Both the position numbers and the translations under genes were made by a program. The notes beneath the pieces were generated by a model that saw only the letters and a program-made list of their open reading frames with translations, was not told the origin of the DNA and ran no database searches. A DNA stretch of 54,490 bases, the filler included, from Squatina squatina (Eukaryota), in the NCBI GenBank assembly GCA_031763465.1. It is 2 parts of 2 records of this genome, joined end to end, with 100 filler letters (N's around TTAATTAATTAA, not from the genome) between each part and the next. Parts side by side here need not be neighbours in the genome. Positions count along the whole stretch, not along the records: positions 1 to 26,602 come from JARFOE010000120.1; 1 more part is not named here. The stretch is one strand, 5' to 3'. Shown here piece by piece: positions 1 through 12,620 of this stretch (within the stretch, counting starts at the first letter, position 1; the number at the start of each line of letters is the position of its first letter).

Positions 1-1226
1 CTGAACGGTGTAGCTCTAATGTTAAGGTAATGCCCCTTGCACTGGACTCTCTCGCTCGCTCTCTCGCTCTCTCCCCCCCCAGTAATCCTCCTTGCAAAAA
101 GCATTGCTAAAATGAGAATTAAGTGCCGTGCTTTGGTTTGAAGTAGATGAACAGGTCTCAGCCAAGACTAGAAACAGATAAAATATTCAAAAATCAATAA
201 ACTGTGGGTTGGTCATTAACAAATTGATAGTTCATAAAAATGTGTAATGTGAAAAAATATACACCACTTTTAAAAAATCTATAATACTGTCATTAATGAA
301 AGGATAGTTTCAATTCTTCCTGGGATGGGGAAAGAGGAACAGTTACCATTTTACTAGGTATATAAAACTTGAGAAAAACACGTTAAAAGACCACGCCCTG
401 GTTGAAAAGCTCAAAAGCACATTTAGAGTGAATGTAACCTCACTCTGCCAACTCAATTCATAAACATTTACACTGTAGCAGGAATGACAGCTTCCTGTGC
501 AAGTCTTTCCAAGATGAGTTGTCTCAAGCCCAGCAAATGCAATTCTTTGGAAATAGCAGAGCCTGCATAACTGACAAATATACTGTATAAAAAGGTAACT
601 AATGCTCTGCAGGAAAAGCAGTTTTACAGCACATCTGCTCTGTGAATTTTGTAGTTGTAATTTTTCCATTAATCATATGTATTTGAGAATACTGTGGCCT
701 TACATTTTACTTTGTTCTTCATTCAAATATGACCTTAACAAGATTTGAATTTAATGATTATCACTTCAACAGCCCATTAGTTCAAGATAATCTTCAAATC
801 CCCACCAACTATAATTGGATATTTGAACTTTAGTTTTCTTTTACTAATGGATCAGGCCCTAATCTGTATGTTGCATCCAGTTACACNNNNNNNNNNNNNN
901 NNNNNNNNNNNNNNNNNNNNNNNNNNNNNNNNNNNNNNNNNNNNNNNNNNNNNNNNNNNNNNNNNNNNNNNNNNNNNNNNNNNNNNNNNNNNNNNNNNNN
1001 NNNNNNNNNNNNNNNNNNNNNNNNNNNNNNNNNNNNNNNNNNNNNNNNNNNNNNNNNNNNNNNNNNNNNNNNNNNNNNNNNNNNNNNNNNNNNNNNNNNN
1101 NNNNNNNNNNNNNNNNNNNNNNNNNNNNNNNNNNNNNNNNNNNNNNNNNNNNNNNNNNNNNNNNNNNNNNNNNNNNNNNNNNNNNNNNNNNNNNNNNNNN
1201 NNNNNNNNNNNNNNNNNNNNNNNNNN

Positions 1227-2413
1227 CCTGAGACCAACTATCGTTGCTTCCTGTATAGTAACTTGGTGCTTGTGTCTCTTTTGTGACTGTGGGGTGGGTG
1301 GACTGCTACTATCAAAAGACTGCTGAGAGTTTTGAGAGGGAGACCGACTTTTCTCTCTAAAAATACGACAGGTGGTGGGGCTGGGGGAAACGTGACTCGA
1401 CTGACCAGAAGAAAAATCATCCTCACTTGAAGTTAAATTTTCATTAGAACTGCAGTCTGGAGTATAGCCTCCACCAACATCGTCAGCACTACCAGGTGAA
1501 TAGGACCGCCGAGGCCATGTTAGATGTTTCTCATGATCTGTAGTGCTCTGGAGCCTTCCATATTCTCTCAAGCCACCACTGGGTTTACCATCACTATCCG
1601 GCATCATCCCACCAATATAAACACTTTCATATGGTTGGAATTCTTGTTGCCAAGGTACCTTGTCCGGTTTGCCTCCATTGGCAGTGGCACGGATAAGATT
1701 ATCCTTCAAGAATCTGGGATTAAGATCCACATCGTCATACTCTGGGTCATATCCACAGCTGCTGTCTGTGGATCTACCTCTGTACACAGGTTTGCGATAA
1801 TCCGCTGATCCCGCACTGCCAGGGAAAGAGTGCAACGACCTCTTTCGTTCCATCTGCATGGCCTGACTCCCAATTGTGCTGATCTTGTCAGATACCTCCT
1901 TGTCATTGACTTTCACCAACCCTTTCTCATGGTGGTACTCCACATTGACATACAGAGGCTTCTCCATACCTTTCCCATCCCCAGCAGAGTGCAAATTGGT
2001 TCTTTTGATCCTTTCAAAATTGGATCTCAACGCGGCTACACTTGTGCCAGCTGCGACTTTATCCTTCCTCTCCATCTGCTCACAATCCTGGTTAAAACCT
2101 CGCCCGGTATCCCTCTCTGGCGTCGCCACTGCCCTCCTCATTGAGGATGCCCTCTGTCTGGTTGGCGAACCTTCCATCTCATTCCTGTTGTCCACCAACC
2201 CTTCCTCCCCCACTGGGTGCCTTTTGGAATTGTCCTCTGCAGGGTGACACTTGGTTTTCTCCCCTTCCCCGTCCCCTTCTTCCCCTTCCCCGGGGACAGG
2301 CTGCTGATGTAAATGGTCCTGAGGCTGCTCGGTGCCCGCTTGCTCCACCAGGACCGTTGACTTCCTGAAGCCCCATCTTTGCTTGTCATAGCTCTTCTTC
2401 TCCTTGGCCAGCA
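1227..2413 (-). CDS. BCR: BCR exon 1, partial (truncated by gaps at both ends)
   Basis: Frame reads LAKEKKSYDKQRWGFR...PLYVNVEYHHEKGLVKVNDKEVSDKIS...LTWPRRSYSP...GGGYTPDCSSNENLTSSEDDFSSGQSS...SQNSQQSFDSSSPPTPQ...ATIVGLR, matching BCR exon 1; Y177-type YVNV motif at 1941-1952. Confidence 0.97.
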
Positions 2414-2882
2414 NNNNNNNNNNNNNNNNNNNNNNNNNNNNNNNNNNNNNNNNNNNNNNNNNNNNNNNNNNNNNNNNNNNNNNNNNNNNNNNNNNNNNNN
2501 NNNNNNNNNNNNNTGCCTAGGCCTCTTGGGCGAAGCATTGGCAGACGAGGCTAATGGGTCTTGCCCCAGAAAGAGTCAGCAGTTGAGCAGGGGAGGAAAT
2601 CAGTGTGTGGAGAGCAGAACTTGGCAAAATGAAAAGCAGAGTTGGAGCCCTCTCTGATTTCCACCCCCCCCTCAAATCAGACACGGAACTGGGATAGCAC
2701 CTGGGATCTCTGAATGGTTCAGCACCACACTAGGCACTGTCTGTAGCCAACCGTAATGTCTGAAGCCCAGTATGTGTAAAGTCTCTGGTTCCTGTGTGGG
2801 TAACTGGGAGGGTTTGAGTTGGGGCTGTGGGGCTGGATCTGATAGTGAATTGCATGCTGTCTTCTTTTACTCAATGTCCCAG

Positions 2883-2976
2883 ATACAGATATTGTCGAAT
2901 GTTGGAAGAAGGATCGTTCAGGGGAAGAACAGCTGACTTTCTACTCATGTTTATTTTTGGCGGGTTTTTAATGACA
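2883..2976 (+). CDS. DERL3: Derlin exon (94 nt)
   Basis: AG at 2881-2882; [31 protein letters not shown]; donor GTATCCTT. DERL3 preferred over DERL2 because it is convergent with SMARCB1. Confidence 0.88.
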
Positions 2977-4046
2977 GTATCCTTTCTGCAGTGTACCTGA
3001 CTGTTGCAGTAGCCATTGTTGCTGGTCTCTCGTACAGTGCTTCATTATACTTGTTTTACACTTCTCAGATTGTTGAGTGCCTGGGGGGGATCATTCTCAA
3101 CTGGTTGCTGTGGACTGTGTAGTGGTGATGCCAGCTCTTTTCTCTGCCCACCCCCTATCCCAGGCCTCTGATCACCATCTTCTCCAAATATTCAGGGAGG
3201 ACTGTGTGTAACAGAAAGACTTGCCTTTATAGAGCACCTTTCGTGGCCTCCGGTTATCCCCAAGTGCTCTACAGGCAATGAAGCACTTTTTGGAGTGTAG
3301 GGAAATGAAACCAGTGCAATAGAACCTGGCCAGCGGTGTCCACGGTGTCACTCAGTGCATGCAGGTACACGAATCACTGGGGTCTGGGTGATTGATAAAT
3401 TGGCAGTGTGAAACATTGGGTTGAGAAGAGCACCATCGAGGAAGCCCCTGTAAATCACTAAATACCTCAAGCAGTTTCTCAGACGGGTTGACACAGCACT
3501 GTAGTGTGGATGTGGCTGTTCACCTTTAATTGCCCACTGTCCCTTGGATGTCCCCTTCCAACCCAGCACAAATGGCCCACACACGTAGCGCCTTCACACC
3601 AGCAGTGCTGAGTTGGTGTCTGTAGTACGNNNNNNNNNNNNNNNNNNNNNNNNNNNNNNNNNNNNNNNNNNNNNNNNNNNNNNNNNNNNNNNNNNNNNNN
3701 NNNNNNNNNNNNNNNNNNNNNNNNNNNNNNNNNNNNNNNNNNNNNNNNNNNNNNNNNNNNNNNNNNNNNNNNNNNNNNNNNNNNNTGGATTACTAGTCCT
3801 GCAACTTAACCACTACACTACCGAGTCCCCTTATCAAACTAGAGCAAGTTGTCTAGTCTGCGATAAACAGGGATGATGTTTTACTTGTGAACAGAGTAAT
3901 GAAAGTGTGCAAAGGGCAGATCTCATAAAATGAAGGTCAATGTGAGCCAGGTACAGCTTAGCTCCCACAGTTGGCTGTATGAGAGGTACCCCAGTGTCTG
4001 ACCTGCGCTTTTCACATCCCGTGAGCCTTGACTCTGTAGTACTCAG
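2977..4046 (+). other. U12-type (minor spliceosome) GT-AG intron
   Basis: 5' site GTATCCTTT at 2977; branch-like CCTTGAC at 4026-4032; AG at 4045-4046 with no long pyrimidine tract; spans one gap. Confidence 0.88.
3213..3305 (-). mobile_element. Deu-SINE/SacSINE-like 3' tail fragment
   Basis: Reverse complement resembles the tail at 36116-36236. Confidence 0.55.
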
Positions 4047-4242
4047 CTGTTTGGAATCTTTGCGAGCTTGTTCTTTCTGGGCCAGGCCTTCACCATCATG
4101 CTGGTGTACATCTGGAGCAGGAGGAACCCATTTGTACGAATGAATTTCTTTGGGCTGCTCAACTTCCAGGCTCCCTTCTTGCCATGGGTGCTGATGGGAT
4201 TCTCACTGCTTCTGGGAAACTCTGTCATCGTTGACTTGTTGG
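4047..4242 (+). CDS. DERL3: Derlin exon (196 nt)
   Basis: [65 protein letters not shown]; donor GTAAGT at 4243. Confidence 0.9.
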
Positions 4243-4959
4243 GTAAGTTTGAAGTGTTTGAATTTACAAAGTTGTTCATGCTCATCAGGGCCAGAAAGCC
4301 CTGATTTAACAAATTGTTGTTCTGGAGCTGATGGTGAACTGAGTTAAAGAGCAGGTAAATTCTGAATTGTTCCATGATGTTTGGTATTATAAAGGGGGAT
4401 ACCTGCCAGTCTCCTGATTGCTCTGGTCTTGAGCTTCATAAATGTTGATTCAAGGAAGCTTGTGAGGAGACATGTTGTTTAGCTGTCCTTTGGTGACNNN
4501 NNNNNNNNNNNNNNNNNNNNNNNNNNNNNNNNNNNNNNNNNNNNNNNNNNNNNNNNNNNNNNNNNNNNNNNNNNNNNNNNNNNNNNNNNNNNNNNNNACT
4601 GACCTAAGCAGTGTCTGTGTGTGGGAGAAGAGCAGCTTTAAGCAATGAAGTGGGATGTTAGGTAGTTGGAAGCACTTAAGCCAACTGAGATATTTGCATG
4701 CTGAAGCTGACCACGAATAGCTCTGTTAAGTATGGGTCCTTTAAGGTTAAAGTTTGCACGCTCAAATTGTAAAGTGGTTAATAGGGGGCTTGACTGAAAA
4801 TTTTCAAAGAGTCCCATTTCCAGCGCTAAATTCAGCACTTTAAACTACAAACTTTAAAAACCCGAATTGGCCGCCCCAGGTATGTTGTCTGGGCCTGTAA
4901 ACTCTGTTGGGAGTGTAAGGTTCCTGTGAGCCTGCCTCCTGTTATTTGTTCTCTCTCCA

Positions 4960-5560
4960 GCTGCAGTGCTGTTTGCTCATTTCTCCTGCCCCTCTTCCTC
5001 TCCTTCCTCCTCTTCATCTTTCCAGAGTGGGATTCTTCGAAGGACCCCAATCATGAAAAAAACTGCAATGCCAGAAGCCCCTTAACAGTTCAGCACCAAT
5101 AATAGCAACTACAAGCCCTTTCAAACCCTTGGCGTGATTATGCGCATGTGGCCAGACTACCTGGACATTGACAAAATGATAGTCCTTTCAGTTTCTGAAT
5201 GCCCATTATTGTGTGGGGGAGCATGTAGAGTTACATATGTGAAATCAATAACCCTAGGGCTCGTTTGTGCCGGTTGTCCGTAGGGAAAATGATAAAATTG
5301 TTTACTCTTGTAAGAAATGCAAGAATCACCTAATGAGTGCATCTGTGGGATGTAGACTGATTGATGTTCCTTGTGGCACCCTGGAAAGGGCCAGAAGTGA
5401 AAATATTCAGCATTAAAGTGACCTTGACACCCACCAGCAGTGCCATGCCTGCCCTGGAGTTCGGCTTGTGGCCAACTTGAAGCACATGGCACAACTCTGT
5501 CAGTGCCTTTCTAGTGAATCTAAGCCTTCACAGGCATTCTCCTGGACAACTGCTGATAAA
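4960..5560 (-). mobile_element. Degenerate PIF/Harbinger transposase relic
   Basis: Minus frames give LPVGVKVTLMLNIFTSGPFQ and IDFTYVTLHAP (HARBI1-like); 5020-5130 resembles 34670-34775. Confidence 0.55.
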
Positions 5561-5719
5561 TCTCTCCTGTAATCCGGCTTCCCTTGCATCCACCCTCGTC
5601 CTTTTCTTCCTCGAAGTAAGACAAAAAAAGGGAATTCTCAGACAAACAGCCATTCTGTGAAGGGGTAGGATGGGAGTAACAATGACAACCCCACTGTTAT
5701 CAAAAATGGGAGTGCATGG

Positions 5720-6097
5720 GATTGGATAGTGAATTGTTTGGGAAGTAGGAGACAGAGAGTAGGGATAATGTGTATGTACTCAAAATGGCTAGATGTGACT
5801 AGCATTTCCCATGGATATGCACTGGGGCCTCAGCTTTTCACTATATTTATAAATGACTTGGATGAAGGAATAGAGAGTCGTATATCCAAGTTTGCTCACA
5901 ACACTAAGTTAGGTGGCACAGTGTAGATTGTGATTGTAAATAGTGTAGATTGGAGCAGAAAGTTGCAAAGGGACATTGAGAGATTAATGAGTGGGCGAAA
6001 CTGTGGCAGATGGAGTCCAGAACAAGGGGGTATAACCTTAAAATTAGAGCTGGGCCATTTAAGAGTGATATCAGGAAGCATTTCTTCACACAGAGGG
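5720..6097 (+). mobile_element. CR1 LINE RT fragment
   Basis: [25 protein letters not shown]; TRGYNLKIRAGPFKSDIRKHFFTQR. Confidence 0.9.
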
Positions 6098-6210
6098 NNN
6101 NNNNNNNNNNNNNNNNNNNNNNNNNNNNNNNNNNNNNNNNNNNNNNNNNNNNNNNNNNNNNNNNNNNNNNNNNNNNNNNNNNNNNNNNNNNNNNNNNNNN
6201 NNNNNGCCTA

Positions 6211-6435
<225 letters not shown>

Positions 6436-7033
6436 TCACTCAGCGCCCGACTGTGTAAATAACCACTGGTGGGCGCCTCGCAGACTGAGCACAAGATGGA
6501 GCCTGGACTCTTCCTGCTCTGCAGGCAATAACCAACTCACTGGAATCCAGATAGTACGTGGTGACAGACTACTTAACCACTGTGGGATCACAGCCAAGCC
6601 CCATTCCCGGTCTGTGGCCACACTTTCCAACAGGGTCAGCAGGTAGTGATCACTATCTAGTAACCAGCTCCCTACCACAGGGACACTGGGGACAACTGCA
6701 GCGCCAAGATCAGTTAGTTAAGCGCAGACCTCGAGTCGAACATGGGATCTTCGGGTTCTCAGTATCGCAACAGGCAGTGCGGTTACTGCCATCAGGGAAT
6801 CAGGCAGACCCACCAGGAGGAGGAGTGAGCCGGTGTTCATCTAGTGCAGCCTGTGTCCCTGGGATCAAACCAATATCCCTCCCGCTGGAGCTGCTCCCCC
6901 CGAGATATTCACCTGTAGCAGGTTCTTCCTCATNNNNNNNNNNNNNNNNNNNNNNNNNNNNNNNNNNNNNNNNNNNNNNNNNNNNNNNNNNNNNNNNNNN
7001 NNNNNNNNNNNNNNNNNNNNNNNNNNNNNNNNN

Positions 7034-7205
7034 CTTTCCTATTGTGCGGTGAGCAGAACTGCACGCAGTACTCCAGCTGTGGCCTAACCAGTGTTTTATA
7101 CAGTTCCAGCGTAACCTCTCTGCTCTTATATTCTCTGCCTCTGCTAATAAAGGAAAGTATCCCATCTGCCTTCTTGACCACCTTATCTACCTGTCCTGCT
7201 GCCTT
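7034..7205 (-). mobile_element. CR1 LINE RT C-terminal fragment
   Basis: LELYKTLVRPQLEYCVQF. Confidence 0.9.
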
Positions 7206-7563
7206 CAGTCCTTGTCGGCACTCCTGGCCTTGCTGAGATAGACCCAGGACTGAACCACCAACACTCCCAGCCATGTGAGGAGGGTGAATTCATTTTGAAA
7301 AAATGGGTTAGGTCTGTGAGCAAAATAAAGGTTACTCAGCCCATCCAGCCCATTATAGGCTCTGTCTCAAGTGTAACTCCAACTGAGAATAAAATACAAC
7401 ACAGATATCAAAATCCAGGCAGTCTTCAATCGCTGCTCTATGGTGGCATCTAATTCCAAGGGAGCCAGGAATCATGCCAGTCTGTGTGACCACAAGGGGA
7501 CTTCAGCCGAGCCTGATCTCACACTCTCAGCACTTTGCAGCAGGAGCTGGCTGGATTTGCTCA

Positions 7564-7851
<288 letters not shown>

Positions 7852-8203
7852 NNNNNNNNNNNNNNNNNNNNNNNNNNNNNNNNNNNNNNNNNNNNNNNNN
7901 NNNNNNNNNNNNNNNNNNNNNNNNNNNNNNNNNNNNNNNNNNNNNNNNNNNTCCACAAAATACAGACATGTGGGCTTGCAGCAGGGTGATCAGTTAGTCA
8001 TGAGGAACCGGGCCGCTTTCCCCTCTCTGAGTCCATCAGAGCCCCTTGTTACGGAAGCTGCAGCTCTGAACTGAAGGGTTAAAAGCGTCCTTACTGTGAC
8101 TGGGAGCACACTGTCCCATCCCAGACCAGGCTCAATATCTTCAGACTTTTTCATCCTGACTCATTTCAGGACAAATCAGATCTCCTATTGAGTGAATGCT
8201 GTG

Positions 8204-8364
8204 GGGATTAGGCCAATCTTCCATCTGCAATCCAGCTCAGTAAACCTGGGGAGATTAGTCTGAATGCCTATTGTGAAGTTTGTCCTGCCTGGGGCTTATT
8301 TCGAGCTCGAACACATGTGAGAGGAGAGGGGGGATGAAGTGGTTGGGAGGGGGTGAGTATAAAA
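8204..8364 (+). promoter_or_regulatory. Putative GSC2 proximal promoter
   Basis: GGGATTA (TAATCCC) 8204-8210, CCAAT 8213-8217, AGATTA 8252-8257, TATAAAA 8358-8364; ATG at 8434. Confidence 0.6.
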
Positions 8365-8433
8365 ACACACAGCAACTTCAAAGCACCATCTCTCATGCTC
8401 AGCACTACGCACTCACTCTGGACATCGCGAGCA

Positions 8434-8706
8434 ATGGCAGTGCCAGCTGCATCAGCACTGGGTCCTGGAACAGCCGGCACCAGGAGCCCGTTCACCATCG
8501 AGAGCATTTTATCCAGCATAGCGAGGGGGCCGGGGACAGAGACTCACTGCCCCCAACAGCCCCCAACACCATTCCACCAACTGACGGTATACAGAGACGA
8601 ACAAGCTGGACAGCGCCCAATGCCTCACCCGCGAGCAACACCAGCACCAGGGGCACTACTGGGCACTGCTGTGCAAACGGTGAGCTGTTGTATCCACTGT
8701 TACACC
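8434..8706 (+). CDS. GSC2: Probable goosecoid-2 exon 1, partial (runs into gap)
   Basis: Kozak-like gcaATGG; MAVPAASALGPGTAGTRSPFTIESILSS with eh1 motif FxIxxIL (8491-8511); downstream Cys cluster CCIHC; order and orientation relative to TSSK and DGCR2 as in human 22q11. Homeobox not in view. Confidence 0.7.
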
Positions 8707-9454
8707 NNNNNNNNNNNNNNNNNNNNNNNNNNNNNNNNNNNNNNNNNNNNNNNNNNNNNNNNNNNNNNNNNNNNNNNNNNNNNNNNNNNNNNNNNNNNNN
8801 NNNNNNTGGTCCAGATGATTCAGCCTGTCCAGCCTCATGACAAGAACATGCTCCACTATGTTTAAGGCTAAAGGATTATACCAGAGACACAGTTAGAAGG
8901 GTGGTGCTTTAAGATGTTATTTTTGCAGTTGGTGCTGCTGCTCCTTCCTCAGCTATTATAGGCTGCAGTGCTCACAAGCAATTATCACTCCTCTCTCATA
9001 CTTCGGGTAAATGTGTTAGTGACTTAATCCAGATGTACTACCATTCACTGCCAGCAAATCAGAATGAAAATCAGTATTGGCCGAGCCAACTCTTCAGGGG
9101 CACTCCACCAGCCGAACCTGCAGGTGCTGGCTCCTCGTACTCTGTCATTGCCTGTGCACGATGCAATCCCAGTCCGTATCTGTATCTCGCGTACTGACTG
9201 TTCTTTGCTGGTGCTTAGTGTTGGTGTGAGTGATGACACAGGGTGTTCTGCTGATTGGTGGTGTACATTTCAGGATTGAGTTTTATTTGGCCATTTTTGT
9301 TCCATCAGTCTCCCGTGAAGGCATTGACCTTGTGAGGTTACAAAACGGGAAGGTTGCCCACTATGATTTTCTCAGTTTTCCTTCTCAGGTGGGTTTTTGT
9401 AATAGTTTTTCCACAGGAAGGAAGGAGAAACTGACTGGCAGACCAACATTTAGA

Positions 9455-9645
9455 AATAACTTGGATGAAGGAATAGAGAGCTGTGTATCTAAGTTTGCTG
9501 ACGACACTAAGTTAGGTGGCACAGTAAGTAGTGTAGATGGGAGCAGAAAGTTGCAAAGGCACATTGATAGATTAAGTGAGCAGGCAAAATGGAGTGTGGT
9601 AGATGGAGTTCACCGTGGGAAAATGTGAGGTCATTCACTTTGAAA
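9455..9645 (+). mobile_element. CR1 LINE RT fragment
   Basis: NNLDEGIESCVSKFADDTKLGG. Confidence 0.88.
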
Positions 9646-9650
9646 GAAAG

Positions 9651-10250
9651 TGTTGGTTTCTCACTCTGTTTATGGGACCTTCCCTGATCTGTGGGCTCTT
9701 GACCAAAGGACCGACGAGGTACAGGCAACTGATTGATAAGACAAAGCGTTTATTAAGTATTACAAAGATATACGATCTAATACTTAACAACAGACAGAAG
9801 GTTCTGGGGAGACTCAATACCGGTTTCTTGCTCCGAGTCCATCTGGGGACACTATTTTCTATCAAGCTTTCTTGCCGCGTTCTGTTGACTGTAGTCTGCC
9901 TCCCTCTCCCTCTTCTCTCGGGGGGTGCCAACGATGTCTCAAACCCACGATCTTTTATCCCCCTCTGGGGCAAGTGCCCACCCACCCCTGCTAATGGACT
10001 ATTCTGGCCAGAATGATTGGCTCAGGTTTGTGTCTATTTTCCTCCATTACAGGTACTGAGTCCCATACGTAGGCCTTTGCAGATATTTCCCTGTTATCAG
10101 ACTTACACCAGACTCAAGGTCCTTTTTAGCAGAAGTGGTGTTTTTCTCAACTGTTTCAACTGCTGTATTCGGCCTTCAATTAGGGTTATTTCCTCTTATC
10201 TTATCCATTGTTTCAGTCCAAAGTCAGTGAATAACATGTTTATGTGAACG
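9651..10250 (-). mobile_element. Possible solo LTR interrupting the CR1 fragment
   Basis: CR1 similarity stops abruptly at TGTT; minus strand has AATAAA (~9748) and an upstream ATAAAA; far end not defined. Confidence 0.3.
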
Positions 10251-10399
10251 TTCCCACTAATTGCCACATTTTTTTACCTGCTGTTAGCCAAGCTTCCCAT
10301 CATGCCTTGTAGTTGCAGTGGCACTTTAATAGCTAAGGCAACTATGTTAATAGCATTATACGCAGTTAAAATATTTATACAGAATAAAAAAGGACAAAA

Positions 10400-10890
10400 A
10401 GGGGTATAACTGCAGAGTGCTGAGTTCATGCTAAACACGCTGCTGGTTGGCTCAGCACTCAACAGGGGGCCCAATATCGTTGCAGTCTGCTGTCCAGCAA
10501 AAGTTTGCCTAGATTCTCTGCATTTCTTAAAGGGGAGGTTCTTTGTTGCCGAGTCACCGCATTTTCATTGTAGCAGCAACAATGTCATAACAGGAGAGAG
10601 AAAGGCCACCTCACTTTTCAGATGCAGCACTGAAGCCCTTGGTCCAGGGGTATACAGAAGAAGACAGGTCCTCTGCCTGGAGGCTTTCCAGACTGAACAT
10701 CAGAAGGCAGTAGGAGGAGATAGTGAAGGCCATCAGTGCCACCAGTGTTGCCACCACGACCTGGATCTAATGCTACAAGAAGTTTAATGACCTCACACGA
10801 GTGGTCAAGGTGACTGATTGCATCTTCAAATGCCATATGCCACCAACTGCACCACTCGCCTCACCATGCTGAATGTACCACACCCTAATC
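10400..10890 (+). mobile_element. Harbinger Myb/SANT-like ORF relic
   Basis: Degenerate RPPHFSDAAL..LVQGV..RRQVL...WI*CYKKFNDLTRVVK; shares cttaaaggggaggttctttgttgc with 32008. Confidence 0.65.
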
Positions 10891-10990
10891 NNNNNNNNNN
10901 NNNNNNNNNNNNNNNNNNNNNNNNNNNNNNNNNNNNNNNNNNNNNNNNNNNNNNNNNNNNNNNNNNNNNNNNNNNNNNNNNNNNNNNNNN

Positions 10991-11056
10991 CCTTCTCGAG
11001 GGCAACTCGGGACGGGCAATAAATGCTCGCCTTGCCAGCGATGCCCACATCCCAGG
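10991..11056 (+). mobile_element. LINE 3' terminal fragment
   Basis: gggcaataaatgctcgccttgccagcgatgcccacatccca tail; related antisense bits near 33780 and 50405. Confidence 0.6.
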
Positions 11057-11247
11057 AACAATAGAAGTGGCATAATTATGCACAATTATATGTCATTCTT
11101 TCCAGATTTTTTAGAAGACAGAAGCTACATTGTTCAAAATATCCTGGATATCTTGACTGGGCACATCTTAACAATGCACAGACATTTTCCTGTTGTGATT
11201 CGCAGCCTATTCCAAAGCTAATTATTGTGGTTCAATATTTGCATATT

Positions 11248-11450
11248 CAACAACAACAAATTGTATTTATTTTGCGCCTTTAACATAGTAAAATGTCCCA
11301 AGGCGCTTCACAGGAGCGATTATCAAACAATATTTGACACCGAGCCACACAGGGAGATCTTAGGGCAGATCCTGGTCAAAGAGTTCGGTTTTAAGAAGCG
11401 TCTTAAAGGAGGAAATAGAGGCGGAGATGTTTAGGGAGGGAATCCAGAGC
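11248..11450 (-). mobile_element. L2-like LINE 3' end
   Basis: Antisense tail ending in (TTG)n preceded by gtgaagcgccttgggacattt. Confidence 0.6.
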
Positions 11451-11549
11451 TTATTATCAGCAGTCAATATCCATAAGATTATATTTGAATCACTGTTGAA
11501 TGACCAGGTCTGTCAGTATTAATTTTATGCTTGAAATGATATTATAATT

Positions 11550-12620
11550 GAAAGTCAGGAAATGGCAGACTTGCTAAATAGTTACTACATAACGTTCTTC
11601 ACTGTAGACGATGAGGATAAATACCAGAGATACGAGGAAAACTAAAAATATATCAAGGCGAGGAACTTACTAGATTTAATGTGAGTAAAAAAAATGGTAA
11701 TGGTGAAAATAATGAGACTAAAGGTAGATAAATCCTCAGGACCTCATAGTTTCCACATCATGCTATTAAAAGAACTAGGCGAGGAAATTGCAGATACTTT
11801 CGTCATGGTCTTCCAAAACTCTCTTAATTCAGGAGTTGTCCCCTTGGATTGGAAGATTGCCAATGTCACTGCATTATTTAAGAAGGGTAGGAGAGACACA
11901 CTAGGGAAATATAGGCCTATTAGTCTAATGTCAGTTGTGAGGAAATTACTACAATCTGTTATTAGGGACAGAGTGACTGAACACTTGGTCAAATATGCAC
12001 TGATCAGAGAGAGCCAAAATGGGTTTGTAAAGAGTAAATCATCTCTAATGAACCGAGTTAAATTTTTTGAGGAGGTAAAGAGAATGTCTATGGACGTTAT
12101 TTTTATGGACATCCAGAAGGCATTGGATAAGGTTCAACATAAGAATATATTAAGCATGGAATTGGAGGCAGCCTATTGACAGGGGTAGGGAATTGGTCAG
12201 GAGGTAGGAGACCGAGAGTAGGGATAATGGGTATGTACTCCAATTGACAGGATTTGACTAGTGGTGTCCCCCAGGGGTCTGTACTGGGGCCTCAGCTTTT
12301 CACCATATTTATCAATGATTTAGATAAGGAATAGAGAGCCGTGTATCCAAGTTTGCTGATGCTACAAATTAGTTGGTGCGGTAAATAGTGTAGATGGGAG
12401 CAGAAAGTTGCAAAGGGTCATTGATAGATAAAGTGAGTCGGCAAAACTGTGACTGGAGTTCAATGTGGGGAAGTGGAGATCATCCAATTTGGACCTAAAA
12501 AAGAAAAATCAGAATATTTTCTAAATAATGAGAAGCAGAGAGATTTAGGGGGTCCAATAAAATAATCATTAAAATTTAGCGAACAGGTACAAAAAATAAT
12601 TTAAGAGGCTACTGGAATGG
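11550..12620 (+). mobile_element. CR1 LINE ORF2 reverse transcriptase, degenerate
   Basis: DWKIANVTALFKKG...YRPISLMSVV...[20 protein letters not shown] with stops and frameshifts. Confidence 0.95.

Noticed and set aside
823-1326. Long ORFs spanning N-runs (also 18754-19683 and 51598-52436)
   Set aside because: Length comes from Ns translated as X; not evidence of genes
1524-2389. Multiple overlapping ORFs within BCR exon 1
   Set aside because: Antisense or alternate-frame shadows of a coding exon with no recognisable motifs
11106-11200. Possible exon after ttctttccag
   Set aside because: No recognisable peptide (not GSC2 homeobox or ESS2) and no clear donor
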